Below are positions 21,401 through 30,448 of a stretch of DNA of 30,448 nt, one piece after another. Positions within the stretch are counted from its first letter, which is position 1; every line of letters starts with the position of its first letter. This stretch comes from Psammoneis japonica (lineage: Eukaryota). The notes below the pieces were generated by a model. It was not told the DNA's origin. It did not search any database and worked only from the letters and a program-made list of their open reading frames with translations. Location: contig QPGO01000234.1 in the NCBI GenBank assembly GCA_008632985.1, positions 62,001 through 92,448 on the forward strand. Direction: 5' to 3'. A program made the position numbers and the translations under genes.

Positions 21401-22780
21401 CTACCTCATCCATCTGCGATTCCGGCGCCGATTGTACCTTGACGTTCTTGCGTTTCCTTTAAACATGCTTGCGCTGTGTCCTCCTCGAGCGCCTTTTACG
21501 CCGTCCACGAAAAAGTGAGCATCCTGGAAAACATCTTCATCCTCGTAATGTACGCAATCAAGATCCGGCTGAGCCGTATTTTCTTGAACAGTTTGGAGAT
21601 GCCGTGAAGAAAAACGGGAGTCTTGGGGAGTTTGGGGACTCACTGACGGTGAAGAACTGCCTCGCTTCCTGAGCACCTCTGCGTACGATTCAGACAAGGT
21701 CTCAGAGGTGAAAGTAACGACAGACGAAGTCTCCGACATTAATTCCCAGTCACTCTCGTCAACGTCTAAAATACTGTCGCCACAGACGGTGTAGCTCAAC
21801 TCGCTGGCTTCATCGACATGATCGATCCTTTCGAACTCAAGTTCAATTACTTGCTCTGATGTGGACTCATCCGATTCAAGCCCTTCGTCTTCTACTTCTT
21901 CCTCTCCACCAATACTCTCATCCTCGTCAAGACTACATTCGTCACTGAAATAGTCTTCAATGTAGCTGACTTCAGGAAAGGGGTTAAAATCATCGGATGT
22001 GTTGAGCATTGGTAGACTTTTCTTCTTCTTTGTCCTCTTTGTTGTCATCACATTGGCGTTGGTTGAATGTTGCGCTTGACGAAAAAGGAAAGCGTTGACT
22101 TCCTTGACAGCCAAAGCAAGGCGCTTGGATGTAGGAGAGACAGCCACAAAAGATGCCATGCTAAAAATTTCTTCCATGGTATGCTCTTTCTTGCAAACAA
22201 CATCTTTCACTTGTCGATTCAAGGAATTGCTGACACACCACCTAAGGTCTGCTGGACCAAAGTATGGGTTGTTTCCAAGGAGCTTGAGCCACATTTGAAA
22301 GGAGTATCTTGCGTCTTTTCCAAAGCTGCGACGTTTCTTGATCAGCACAACGAGATACGAGAGAAAGGTCTTTACTAGCAAGCAATGCCCTGCATGAGCC
22401 GCATAATAGAACGCGGAGCGATCCTTCATATCCGGTGTAAAGAGAATCTGAACCAAAATGCTGAATTTTTCCTGGAAGGAGGTATACGGTGCAAAACTGC
22501 AACTCATCATGTAGGCACGTTCGATCGCCAAACCCAACTGTCCTTGTTTCGCGGCGGTTGTGAGTTGGACCATACCTGGATGGGAGCGAGCTTGCTGAGA
22601 AAAGAACGATTTATATTCCTCCCTCAAACTTGCGCGTTTGAGTCTCTTTTCGGTTTTGGTCAATTTCTTAGGCGGCTTGTTGTTTGTTGAGGGCGCGTGA
22701 TCAACATGTCGCTGCGGAGGTTGTTTGTAAACGACTCCGTCCCTTGAATACCCAACCACGGACTGGGGTTGTTTCACCAT
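21401..22780 (-). CDS. Hypothetical protein with one ankyrin-like repeat and an acidic low-complexity region, 459 aa
   Basis: Long ATG-started ORF with normal composition. PDMKDRSAFYYAAHAGHCLLVKTFL resembles an ankyrin repeat. Confidence 0.78.
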   Translation of the reverse strand: MVKQPQSVVGYSRDGVVYKQPPQRHVDHAPSTNNKPPKKLTKTEKRLKRASLREEYKSFFSQQARSHPGMVQLTTAAKQGQLGLAIERAYMMSCSFAPYTSFQEKFSILVQILFTPDMKDRSAFYYAAHAGHCLLVKTFLSYLVVLIKKRRSFGKDARYSFQMWLKLLGNNPYFGPADLRWCVSNSLNRQVKDVVCKKEHTMEEIFSMASFVAVSPTSKRLALAVKEVNAFLFRQAQHSTNANVMTTKRTKKKKSLPMLNTSDDFNPFPEVSYIEDYFSDECSLDEDESIGGEEEVEDEGLESDESTSEQVIELEFERIDHVDEASELSYTVCGDSILDVDESDWELMSETSSVVTFTSETLSESYAEVLRKRGSSSPSVSPQTPQDSRFSSRHLQTVQENTAQPDLDCVHYEDEDVFQDAHFFVDGVKGARGGHSASMFKGNARTSRYNRRRNRRWMR

Positions 22781-23561
22781 GGTGACTTAATCTTACTCGC
22801 TCGAGCCTTTTTCTCGTACTCGTCTGAAAAATAATGTGAGATGGATATCAGATATAAAATAGCAGACACACCGCGCGCGGTTTGAGTCATGCATCGGTTT
22901 TCATCGCGGCGCGTCACGACTGAGTCTCTGTTTTATTGTTTTGTTTTCGATTGTGTTCCAACATTGATTTAGCTTGCTCTCTTTTGCAGTAACGACATTT
23001 ACTGGTTGGTTGTTAGCATCTCAGCTCAGACGCGGTTTGGAATGACAACACACCGCGTTTCGATCGCAAAAGAAGTTCAAAGTTCAAAGTTCTCAGACGT
23101 GCGTCCGTCATACGTACGTAGCATGTGTCGTTTTGGCGCGTACCGGTACAGTAGGTCGCGCGACACCGGTTAACTTGCGGTTACAGGAATAACCACCGCT
23201 GATTGGGGGGCGCGCTTCCCCCTGACGTCACGGGTTAACCGCGCTAACCGGGGGGAGTCCTCAGTGGTTCCTGCCCGTAGGAGGCCGGCGCCGGAACCAC
23301 CCCCGGAACCGGTTCCCGGACCCCGGACAGGCCTGTGGTTGGTGAAGATAAGAACCTTCAGAACGCGACAAGACACAAAATCTGCTTGTCGAAATGTTGT
23401 TTCTCCCCACTCGTGTGTCAACACAATTTGAAACGACTCCACTTGTCGACCACCCCAAGTGAGCATTTGATTTCAAAAACCTCTTTTCTTTTGATGGTGA
23501 GGTGGGTGCAACCCAAAAGACGATCCCTCGAGGCCATCATGATGAGAAGAAGAGACCCAAG

Positions 23562-25159
23562 ATGGCATCTCAGGTCTCCACAGGAGACTTGTTGGCCCAA
23601 ACCATCGCACCACCCAAGGTGGATGGCACTTGTGTCACTGAGTGGAATGCATGCAAAAGGTGGGTGGACGAATCGCCGGCTCTGTCAGGGCCGCCTCACT
23701 TGACGCAAGACCAGGTCGACCGGCACTTCTTGGAGGTGGTGTTGAAACGAGACGTCACGCCAAAGTTGGCCAAGCGTGTCATTTGGTCACTGCAGCATTG
23801 TTCATCTTGGGAGGAGCACAAACCTCCCAATCCAAAATTCGTTGTGAGATCAGAGGCAGTTGACGTCACTCTGGTGGCACACAAGGAGCAATGCACCCAA
23901 AATTTGCTCACTGCGTTTGTGTCAGCTCATGACAAGCTGCCTGTGGATGCTCTGTCTTGTGTTGCTGAGGACAAGACATTGAGTTGTGTTGTTCAATCTG
24001 CTGCTTGGAAGAACTTGGCAGTGTCATGGACCAGCTGCAGCCAGACCATGATGCGAGGCGATCAGCTCTGACTTGCACGGCATGCGGACATTCACCATGA
24101 CGAAACTCACGGCCCCGGCAACCCAAACGAATTGGTCGCACGTCCAATGACAGCTCTGATTGAGCAACGGTTTGCAGGCAAACAAGGTTCCCACAAAAAG
24201 AGAGCAGCAGGCATGTGGCGGCACCGCGACTGGAAGCAATGCGGAACTGGCATGAACGCTGCCGTCGCCGCCTGCAGGTTTCATGGCGATGCGGAAATCC
24301 ACTTCGCACATCAACATGATGGATTCTCGGACTGGTGCAAGCATGAACAAGTGGGTTGGAAAACATCAGACACGCACCGCAAGGCATGCCAACGGGTGCA
24401 CAGGGCAACAAAGACGTTGTGGGCAAAGTGTGCTCACCTTGCACCGCCGGCATCGATTCCAGCAACATGGGCGGGGCGACCAAGCAAAACATTGAGCAGC
24501 AGACGAAACATGGAAAAGATTCACTTGACGTCTCATGCTCACCTGAGATCCCTCCACAAGTGCAGTTGATTGCCGCCAGGTTCTCCAAGCTGCATGGGGA
24601 GAAAGTTTGCTGCATCCCTCGCACCAACATGTCCTTCGGCGAACCAGTTCCCGGAAAACCAAATGTTGCTGACACTGAGTTGGCAGAGATGACATGGCCA
24701 AGACTGCCTGCATGGAAACAACAACACAATGTTGGTCATAAGTGGCCATGCGGTGCAAACTTTTTATGTGGGACCTTGCCTTTTTTTGCTCGCGTCCTGT
24801 GCCAAGACGGTGTCCACTGGGTCACGGAGTGTCCGCAGCACGAAGCATCCCATCTGTTGGTTCATGTTTTTGGTGGCAGATGCATTGAGTGGGCCAGGGA
24901 CAGGCTTCAAGAGATGGCTGGCATGGATGCTGCGGATGAAGATGCGATTCAAAATCTGAACATTGCTGCCCAGTCAGCATTCTCTTCGGTTCGTACCAAC
25001 ACACAGGTTCTGGTTGGGAAAATGGATCGCCTGTCAGCAGAAGTTCAAAATTTCACCAACATTGTTCTGAGGCAAAACCAGCAGCAATGACAGCAGCAAC
25101 GTGAGCAACAGGAGCAGATGCAGAGTGTCAGAATGGCTGTGAGCAGTCAGAATGCGATT
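23562..25159 (+). pseudogene. Crypton/Ndc10-type tyrosine recombinase pseudogene, N-terminal and catalytic part
   Basis: Motifs QTMMRGDQL*L (catalytic R; TGA 24069 probably from CGA), GMWRHRDWKQCGTG, KCAHL/(R)TAG (1-nt frameshift near 24441), TKH...LDVSC (expected catalytic Y read as TGC at 24536), and FFARVLCQDGVHWVTECPQH. Family assigned from recalled motifs, not from a search. Confidence 0.8.
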
Positions 25160-25274
25160 TAGACACGTGCCGCACTGGATTTGAATCTGTGGGCACAACA
25201 TCGTACGAGCGATGGTGGTGTTCGCACAACACAAATTTGTGTGCATCATGATCACAGAGCGCAAATCATAAATT

Positions 25275-26055
25275 TCAGAAAAATTCAGAAAGAACCAACA
25301 CCACACAACGCCGCTCTAGCAGCCAATGGCAAACACATCGACGACGTTGTCTGGAACTGCCGACGACTGTTTCAGGAGAGCAACTTGTCGATGTCCACAT
25401 GAGTGAAACTGGGAATGCTCTCACCCTTTTTCTTGGCATTTGGATCGGGCGTTTCACCTCAGACATGGACAGGTTCTGATCCATGTGCTTCGCACCGAGA
25501 TGCCAAGCTAGAGCCGACCAGCCCATTTGATCCAGCATCACTTTTGACCTCGGGTGCAGTTGCAAAAGCAGTTTGACCACTTTGTTGGATGCTCCACAAG
25601 TGGCTGTGCATTGCAGTGGGAGTGCTCCATGCATCGCATCATGCAAAATCACGGCACGGGGTGGAACTTGTTGAGGAATGTCTGGAAAAGGCATTTCAGG
25701 AAGTGAGAATTCAGATGCAATAAACCCTGGGGATGGGTGGACACCAGAATGTCAAAAATCTGATCAACTTCCTTGCCGGGTGGCCTCCGACATGCCCAGT
25801 GAAGAGGCAGACGTCCTTTGGAATCCGCCGCAACACAAGCAGCCTCTGGACCCAAATGACAAAGAGCTGCAATGACCAAATGTGGTGCAGAGAGGACAGC
25901 AATTCGGTGCAGCAAGTGGTTTCAACAATGTGCTGAAGGAGTCCACCCAGTGCTGCCTTTTGAAGGAGTGCATGGAACTTAGAAAGGTCGATTTGCCTCT
26001 GATGAGTTCTAGAGAAACATGAGCCTGCAGTTGTCCAGGACAATGTCTTCTTCAA
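25275..26055 (-). pseudogene. Ankyrin-repeat protein pseudogene (diatom-type 'G.LPLH.AC' repeats)
   Basis: Frameshifted pieces LGPEAACVAADSKGRLPLHWACRR, ILVSTHPQG and HDAMHGALPLQCTATCGASNKVVKLLLQLHPRSKVMLDQMGWSAL. Confidence 0.75.
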
Positions 26056-26126
26056 TTTGCTCCTGTGGCTAAATTATTTTTGACATGTGCTCAATTGTGG
26101 TGTCATCAACAAGTGTGCAAAATTAA

Positions 26127-26632
26127 GGATGGATCTACGTGCTGCGGTCTAATTTAAAATGGCTCGCATTTCCCGCACTTCACCGTGTTGTTTGGACCTG
26201 CCTCGGAACACCCCCGAACACTCATGCATTCGTCAAACCCTCATGCCGGCGGGGGCTGTTAGACGGCTATAAGAGCTGCACATTCAGTGCTTCAAATGCC
26301 ACTTGTCGACCCATGCCCTCTTGTCAGGTCGAAAAAACCGCCAATTTTCGCTAAAATCGGGCTTCTTGTGGGAGATTGGTGGTGACTTTCCGGGAAATGC
26401 AGACAAGTGGCATTTGACTGGCTGTGGACTTATCTGCAGTCGTTGTGGTAAAAGTCGTGCATGGTCACACCTGTCGTTCAAGCATTCCAGGGTGTCTGGC
26501 GAACGGACAAAGTTCGACCGATCGCTGAAATTTTTTTTTGCGAACGCGCGCGCATTCACTACGATGCATCCGGGTCATTTTTATAAAAATTATGAGCTCC
26601 CAAAAAACAGACCGCAGCACGTAGATCCATCC
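26127..26632. mobile_element. 506-bp non-autonomous DNA transposon (MITE) with 24-bp perfect TIRs and TTAA target-site duplication; Kolobok-like
   Basis: ttaa-GGATGGATCTACGTGCTGCGGTCT (26127-26150) ... AGACCGCAGCACGTAGATCCATCC (26609-26632)-ttaa. A TTAA TSD with RR..YY termini fits Kolobok rather than piggyBac (CC..GG). Confidence 0.9.
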
Positions 26633-26636
26633 TTAA

Positions 26637-27957
26637 GAGGGCGGTCCAGAGATCGCCTGGCACACTTTTTACACAGAAACTGCCAGAGAGCCAATCACGT
26701 GCATTCCTGCACAGACGCAGCACAAAACAGAAAGCATGGCACTCCATCACGCGACCTCACGACGACACCACCTGACGACAACGCATCAAAATGGCGTCGT
26801 CCGCATCTTTCTGCAGCTCCTCTTTCACTTGCCCGATTGCTCCAAAAGGGCCAGGGGAAGCTGACAAGCTTTCTCTTGCAACACAGCAATGCAAACAAAA
26901 GTTGTTTTTTGTTCCAAAATCTCAGAATGCAGTGCAACCGATTGTCAAGGCGAACTCGCACGTTGGTGGCAACAACACCAGTCAATGTTCACTCTAGAAC
27001 AACAATGGAGACGTGATGCCCCAACAAAATAAAGTCCATGCCCCCATGACAAATTTTAAAGCTAGTTCTTCTTGTTGGCATGCAATCTTTAGCTGCTTTT
27101 TAGACTTGACAAAATGATCATCTGCCCCGGCTGTCACCCTCTGAGTTTGTTGCATTGGCCAACAAATTGGGCAAGCAAGCCACACATTTCTAGCTTGCAA
27201 ACTGCCTTGCAGCCAAAAGAAGCAATCTAAACCTTCAGAACAGCCATGATGCACTGGTCTGCCGAATCAAACTCCGCATCACCAAGTGGAGGCGGGGAGA
27301 ACCATTGTCAAAAATGCACTGTGACGGATCTGAGCTCTTGAGAGCTTGTCCAGCTTTTGACACCATGGCCCCAAATCACCACATTTGTCATGAAGTCAGC
27401 CTGATGCTGTGTCTGTGACTTTGCCTTGTTTTGGAAATGCCGCGGCCATCACATTGCAGAATTGACATTCTTGACAAGGAAAAGTGTTTCTGGGACACCT
27501 TGCGATGACGGAGACCCTGCAGAACAAAAGAACAATGTAGAAAGAGACAACACATGTAAGTCAAACGGGTGTCAATGTATGAAGCCTCAACAAAACACAC
27601 AGCATGAATGGTGGTGCACAAGGTTGGTCGTGATGCAACAGAAGCGACGCTGTCAACGCGAACCTTCAGTGAGAATTTTCACCATCAGCCACCCATGTGA
27701 ACCTGTGTGCTCTCGAGCTTGTCACATGCCTTGTGCTGTGACGCAAGACATTCCGTTGAGAGTACACTACAAAGCACCTCAGAAACAACCGCATTTTTGA
27801 AATCGGCGAAATGCCATTGTCCGTGTCATTTTGCGTCGCGAGCCAGAAAACACTCCCAAAAACTGTTCTGCAGGGCAAAATGCACTGAATCTACACAGAT
27901 TTGGGTTGTGCCAGGCCACGTAGAAAATGAACGGGCCGAGAACTGTGGTGCGCCCAC
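26637..27957. mobile_element. 1.32-kb TTAA-flanked element with imperfect TIRs, decayed
   Basis: Left end GAGGGCGGTCCAGAGATC versus reverse-complemented right end GTGGGCGCACCACAGTTC (13/18). Both ends carry subterminal GCCTGGCACA. TTAA at 26633-26636 and 27958-27961. Confidence 0.65.
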
Positions 27958-28199
27958 TTAATTTAGCCACTGACATGCAGTTTTCAAGAACTGGGCCGCA
28001 TCTGCTCTTTGCCATCGTCGTTTTGTCGGGTGTCTCGTGTTTCAGCGCGTGCGGAAGTGGGCCAAAACAATCAGTCGAACTAGTCAAGTGTCTTGCGAAC
28101 ACCAAATTTATCAATTCTTTCAAATCTGCACAAAATTGATTGCGGAATGGTTTCTGCGGGATGTTGTGCCCATGGAATCCAACTCGCGCGCGCATCGTT

Positions 28200-28613
28200 C
28201 AGCATCTGCCTCCGCCGCCGTCAGGTGCTGCTCAACCACACTTTCCAAAAGAAATGCCAAAGACAATGACCAAAATGTTGGAGGAGCACCTGGAGTTTCA
28301 GTTGGAACAGTGCAAAGGAGTGAGCAAAAAGAATTGGCAGGGTGGGGTCACCATGCAGCTCAGTCGTCGTTCTCACCTGTGTGGCTTAATTCTGAAACGG
28401 TCTGAGCGAGTGCGTGGTTTTTCAGACCGTGCCGCTGTGCTCCAGGAATCTGCAAGGCTGATTGATGAGGAGAGAGATGCCATGTCACTCAGACAATTGC
28501 ATGACATTTCCAAGGCTCAACCCAGTGATGCCAAGTGCCGCAAGGTCGACCGCTCCCAAGGACCGAAGAAAAGATCGCGTCGCACCCAACCTCTCCCATC
28601 GGAAGATGTGTGA
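28200..28613 (+). pseudogene. C-terminal (GCR1_C-like DNA-binding) part of the Crypton recombinase
   Basis: PHFPKEMPKTMTKMLEEHLEFQLEQCKGVSKKNW..LSRRSHLCGLILKR..ARLIDEERDAMSLRQLH follows the GCR1_C-like pattern and is in frame with the 25157 junction. Confidence 0.68.
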
Positions 28614-28699
28614 GGTTGAAGGAGGTCGAGCGTTTTTTGTGTTTTTGTAACTCTGTGGCCCCTGCATTTTTTGTTTTCAATTTTTCCAATCCTCCTGTG

Positions 28700-30448
28700 T
28701 AGACCCCCAGTGAAAAGTGTGCCAGAAGAAAGGCCAAAAGCCGGTCAAGCCGCTGCTTTTGTTGTCTCACAACATTTGACGTCGCGTCATCGGATCACTT
28801 GGGTGTCAGGGGTCACGTGAAACAATCGGACATTTGTTGATCGTGAATGAAAAGTCCTCAACAAATGTTCTTTTGTCGTCTCTGATTGATTGATGTCCGG
28901 CTTTTAAGCAAAAAGAGCCCACGCAGGCTTTGGCACTGCTGTGCGCGGCAACCGGCACTCACCGAGGCCCCAACCCCCAGGCTCCGGAGAGCCTGGTCTA
29001 CATGAGATCAAGAGCACAGGATGGTGGCGAGAGCGACCCGCCGCATGCCTGCATGAATGGGTGCTGCAACTGTGCTTCTATTTGTCGCGCGTGTCGAGTC
29101 ACGTCGGCCTTCAGATGCGCTTTCAATTTTAAGGGCGGTCATCCCCGCGTTTGTCCCAGAGAATTGCCGTGGCATTTGAGTGAGGACATTTGCAGTGTTT
29201 GTTTTTGAATGCAAAAATTGCAGCATTTGCATTCACCCCCGATCGCGCATGAAAACGAGAACACTCAGGCACCGTGATCGAAGCACGACGATGACGGCAA
29301 TGTCGGCATGGCTCCAAAACGCAGTGGTCCGTCCACAAACATTTGATGTGCATGTGACCTTTGATGCACAACGAACATAAAATGGGTGAGAGTTGGCAGA
29401 CGGACCACCTCCGCCACTGACTTGCACTGCATTGTGGCTTGATGTTTTCACCACGGTGAAGCACGGTGGTGTGAAGTTCAAGAAAAATCACGCAAATCAC
29501 GAGCTGTTCAGTTGAACTCAAGCTAAAAAAGCAGCAAATGACCCCCCTTGATTCAGCTCCTGAAAAGTCGTCAGCTTTGATCACTCTCTCGTGTGACATT
29601 GTGCGCACATTTCCACACGATCATTTTGTGTTTTTCCTTGTGCAAAATGTCAGTTGTGGCTGATGCAACATTTTCGAATGATTCCCATCATGACAAAAAC
29701 AGCAGCTCCATTGTCAGTGCACACAACAATGGCCCTTGCTTGCTCCTCTCATGTCTCTTTCCTGCTGCTGTTGTCCCATTCACACTGCATGGACTTGCTC
29801 CCTCCTCAGAAGCTCGTCAGGAGGTGCGCACAATGGCTCTTCAACTTTCCACAAAAATCTGAGTTCTTGAACTTTTGCAAAGATTGACAGACTGCAGCTC
29901 ATGCAGCAGAGAAGCTTGCATGCTCATCGGTCATGCTGACTCAGCCAGGTTGATGCCAAAGATGCATGGCATGAACCCTGCACCATGCATCTCTGAGACA
30001 TGTCACCTTTTGTTCCAAAAAAAAGTGACGAGCAATGTGCTCTTCCCTCACCATCATCACAGTGTTGTCACACTGAAAAGAAGAAATGCAAGACATTGTG
30101 GTTTGGTTCCAAAGCTCACATCTTGCCTCTCTCATCCTCCCTGGATTGGTTGCCAGCAAAAAAGTCTGCACTTGCAAGCTGCAGGCTCTCTCCAATGCTG
30201 AAATCCCACCTGCAGATGACCCGCCGTGCCTGTCAATGAATCCTTTGCCAGTCTCCTGAGCTGCTTTAAGAAAGTCAATCTCCTTGAAGGCATCTCAGGA
30301 GGCAAGGTGACTGGCTTTGATGGGATGGGCTTTGGAGACCAGAGCTCAATCTTTGTGTTGTCTCCTTTGACCACCAACATTCAAACTTCTTCCTTTCTTG
30401 ATGCATTTCAGCCCTGGGCAGGAGCTTGCAGCACTGACATGAGACACA
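28700..30448. mobile_element. Continuation of TpA-depleted decayed repeat DNA, unidentified, running off the window
   Basis: TpA is nearly absent. CpG is retained to ~29.5 kb and becomes sparse afterwards. Confidence 0.55.

Larger units (their letters stand above)
25163..28198. mobile_element. ~3.0-kb insertion with imperfect terminal inverted repeats, flanked by TTAG/TCAG
   Basis: Left arm ..gaatctgtgggcacaacatc (25183-25202) is the inverted counterpart of gatgttgtgcccatggaatc (28160-28179). Removing the insert rejoins the Crypton frame as N-A-I|Q-H-L-P-P-P-P. Confidence 0.65.
23150..28700 (+). mobile_element. Crypton-like (tyrosine recombinase) DNA transposon, interrupted by nested insertions; termini approximate
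   Basis: Recombinase and GCR1_C-like coding remnants rejoin in frame across a 3-kb insertion. A GC-rich structured leader lies at 23150-23340. Confidence 0.7.

Noticed and set aside
29129..29150. TTAA-GGGCGGTC resembling the left end of the 26637 element
   Set aside because: Only an 8-bp match and no partner end inside the window.
23351..30448. Alternative genetic code or RNA editing as the explanation for missing Tyr
   Set aside because: TpA is missing in all frames and in non-coding parts, the frames carry stops and frameshifts, and flanking genes use Tyr normally.

Overview
Eukaryotic genomic DNA. Short GT-AG introns, compact genes and the protein families point to a stramenopile, most likely a pennate diatom (inference). 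Seven intact genes lie in DNA of normal composition: a LOG/SLOG-family protein (cut by the window edge), a 3-exon secreted His/Glu/Lys-rich protein, a COPI-associated/EF-hand protein, a sulfotransferase-like protein, a 6-exon M6 metalloprotease with four Cys-rich modules, an acidic-tailed unknown protein and an ankyrin-like protein. Between them are three sharply bounded islands of decayed repeat-like DNA (~4.2-12.95 kb, ~18.4-19.4 kb, ~23.15 kb to the end). The main signal is that these islands have lost almost all TpA dinucleotides, apparently to CpA/TpG. In a Crypton-like tyrosine-recombinase pseudogene I see no TpA in ~1.39 kb while about 60 CpG survive, and the positions where Tyr is expected, including the presumed catalytic Tyr, read Cys or His. 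This suggests a repeat-targeted A:T->G:C hypermutation process, the reverse of fungal RIP and separate from 5mC deamination. The last island is a reconstructable nest: the Crypton contains a 3-kb TIR element carrying an ankyrin gene, which contains two tandem TTAA-flanked (Kolobok-like) elements. Dinucleotide counts are by eye and need computational confirmation.
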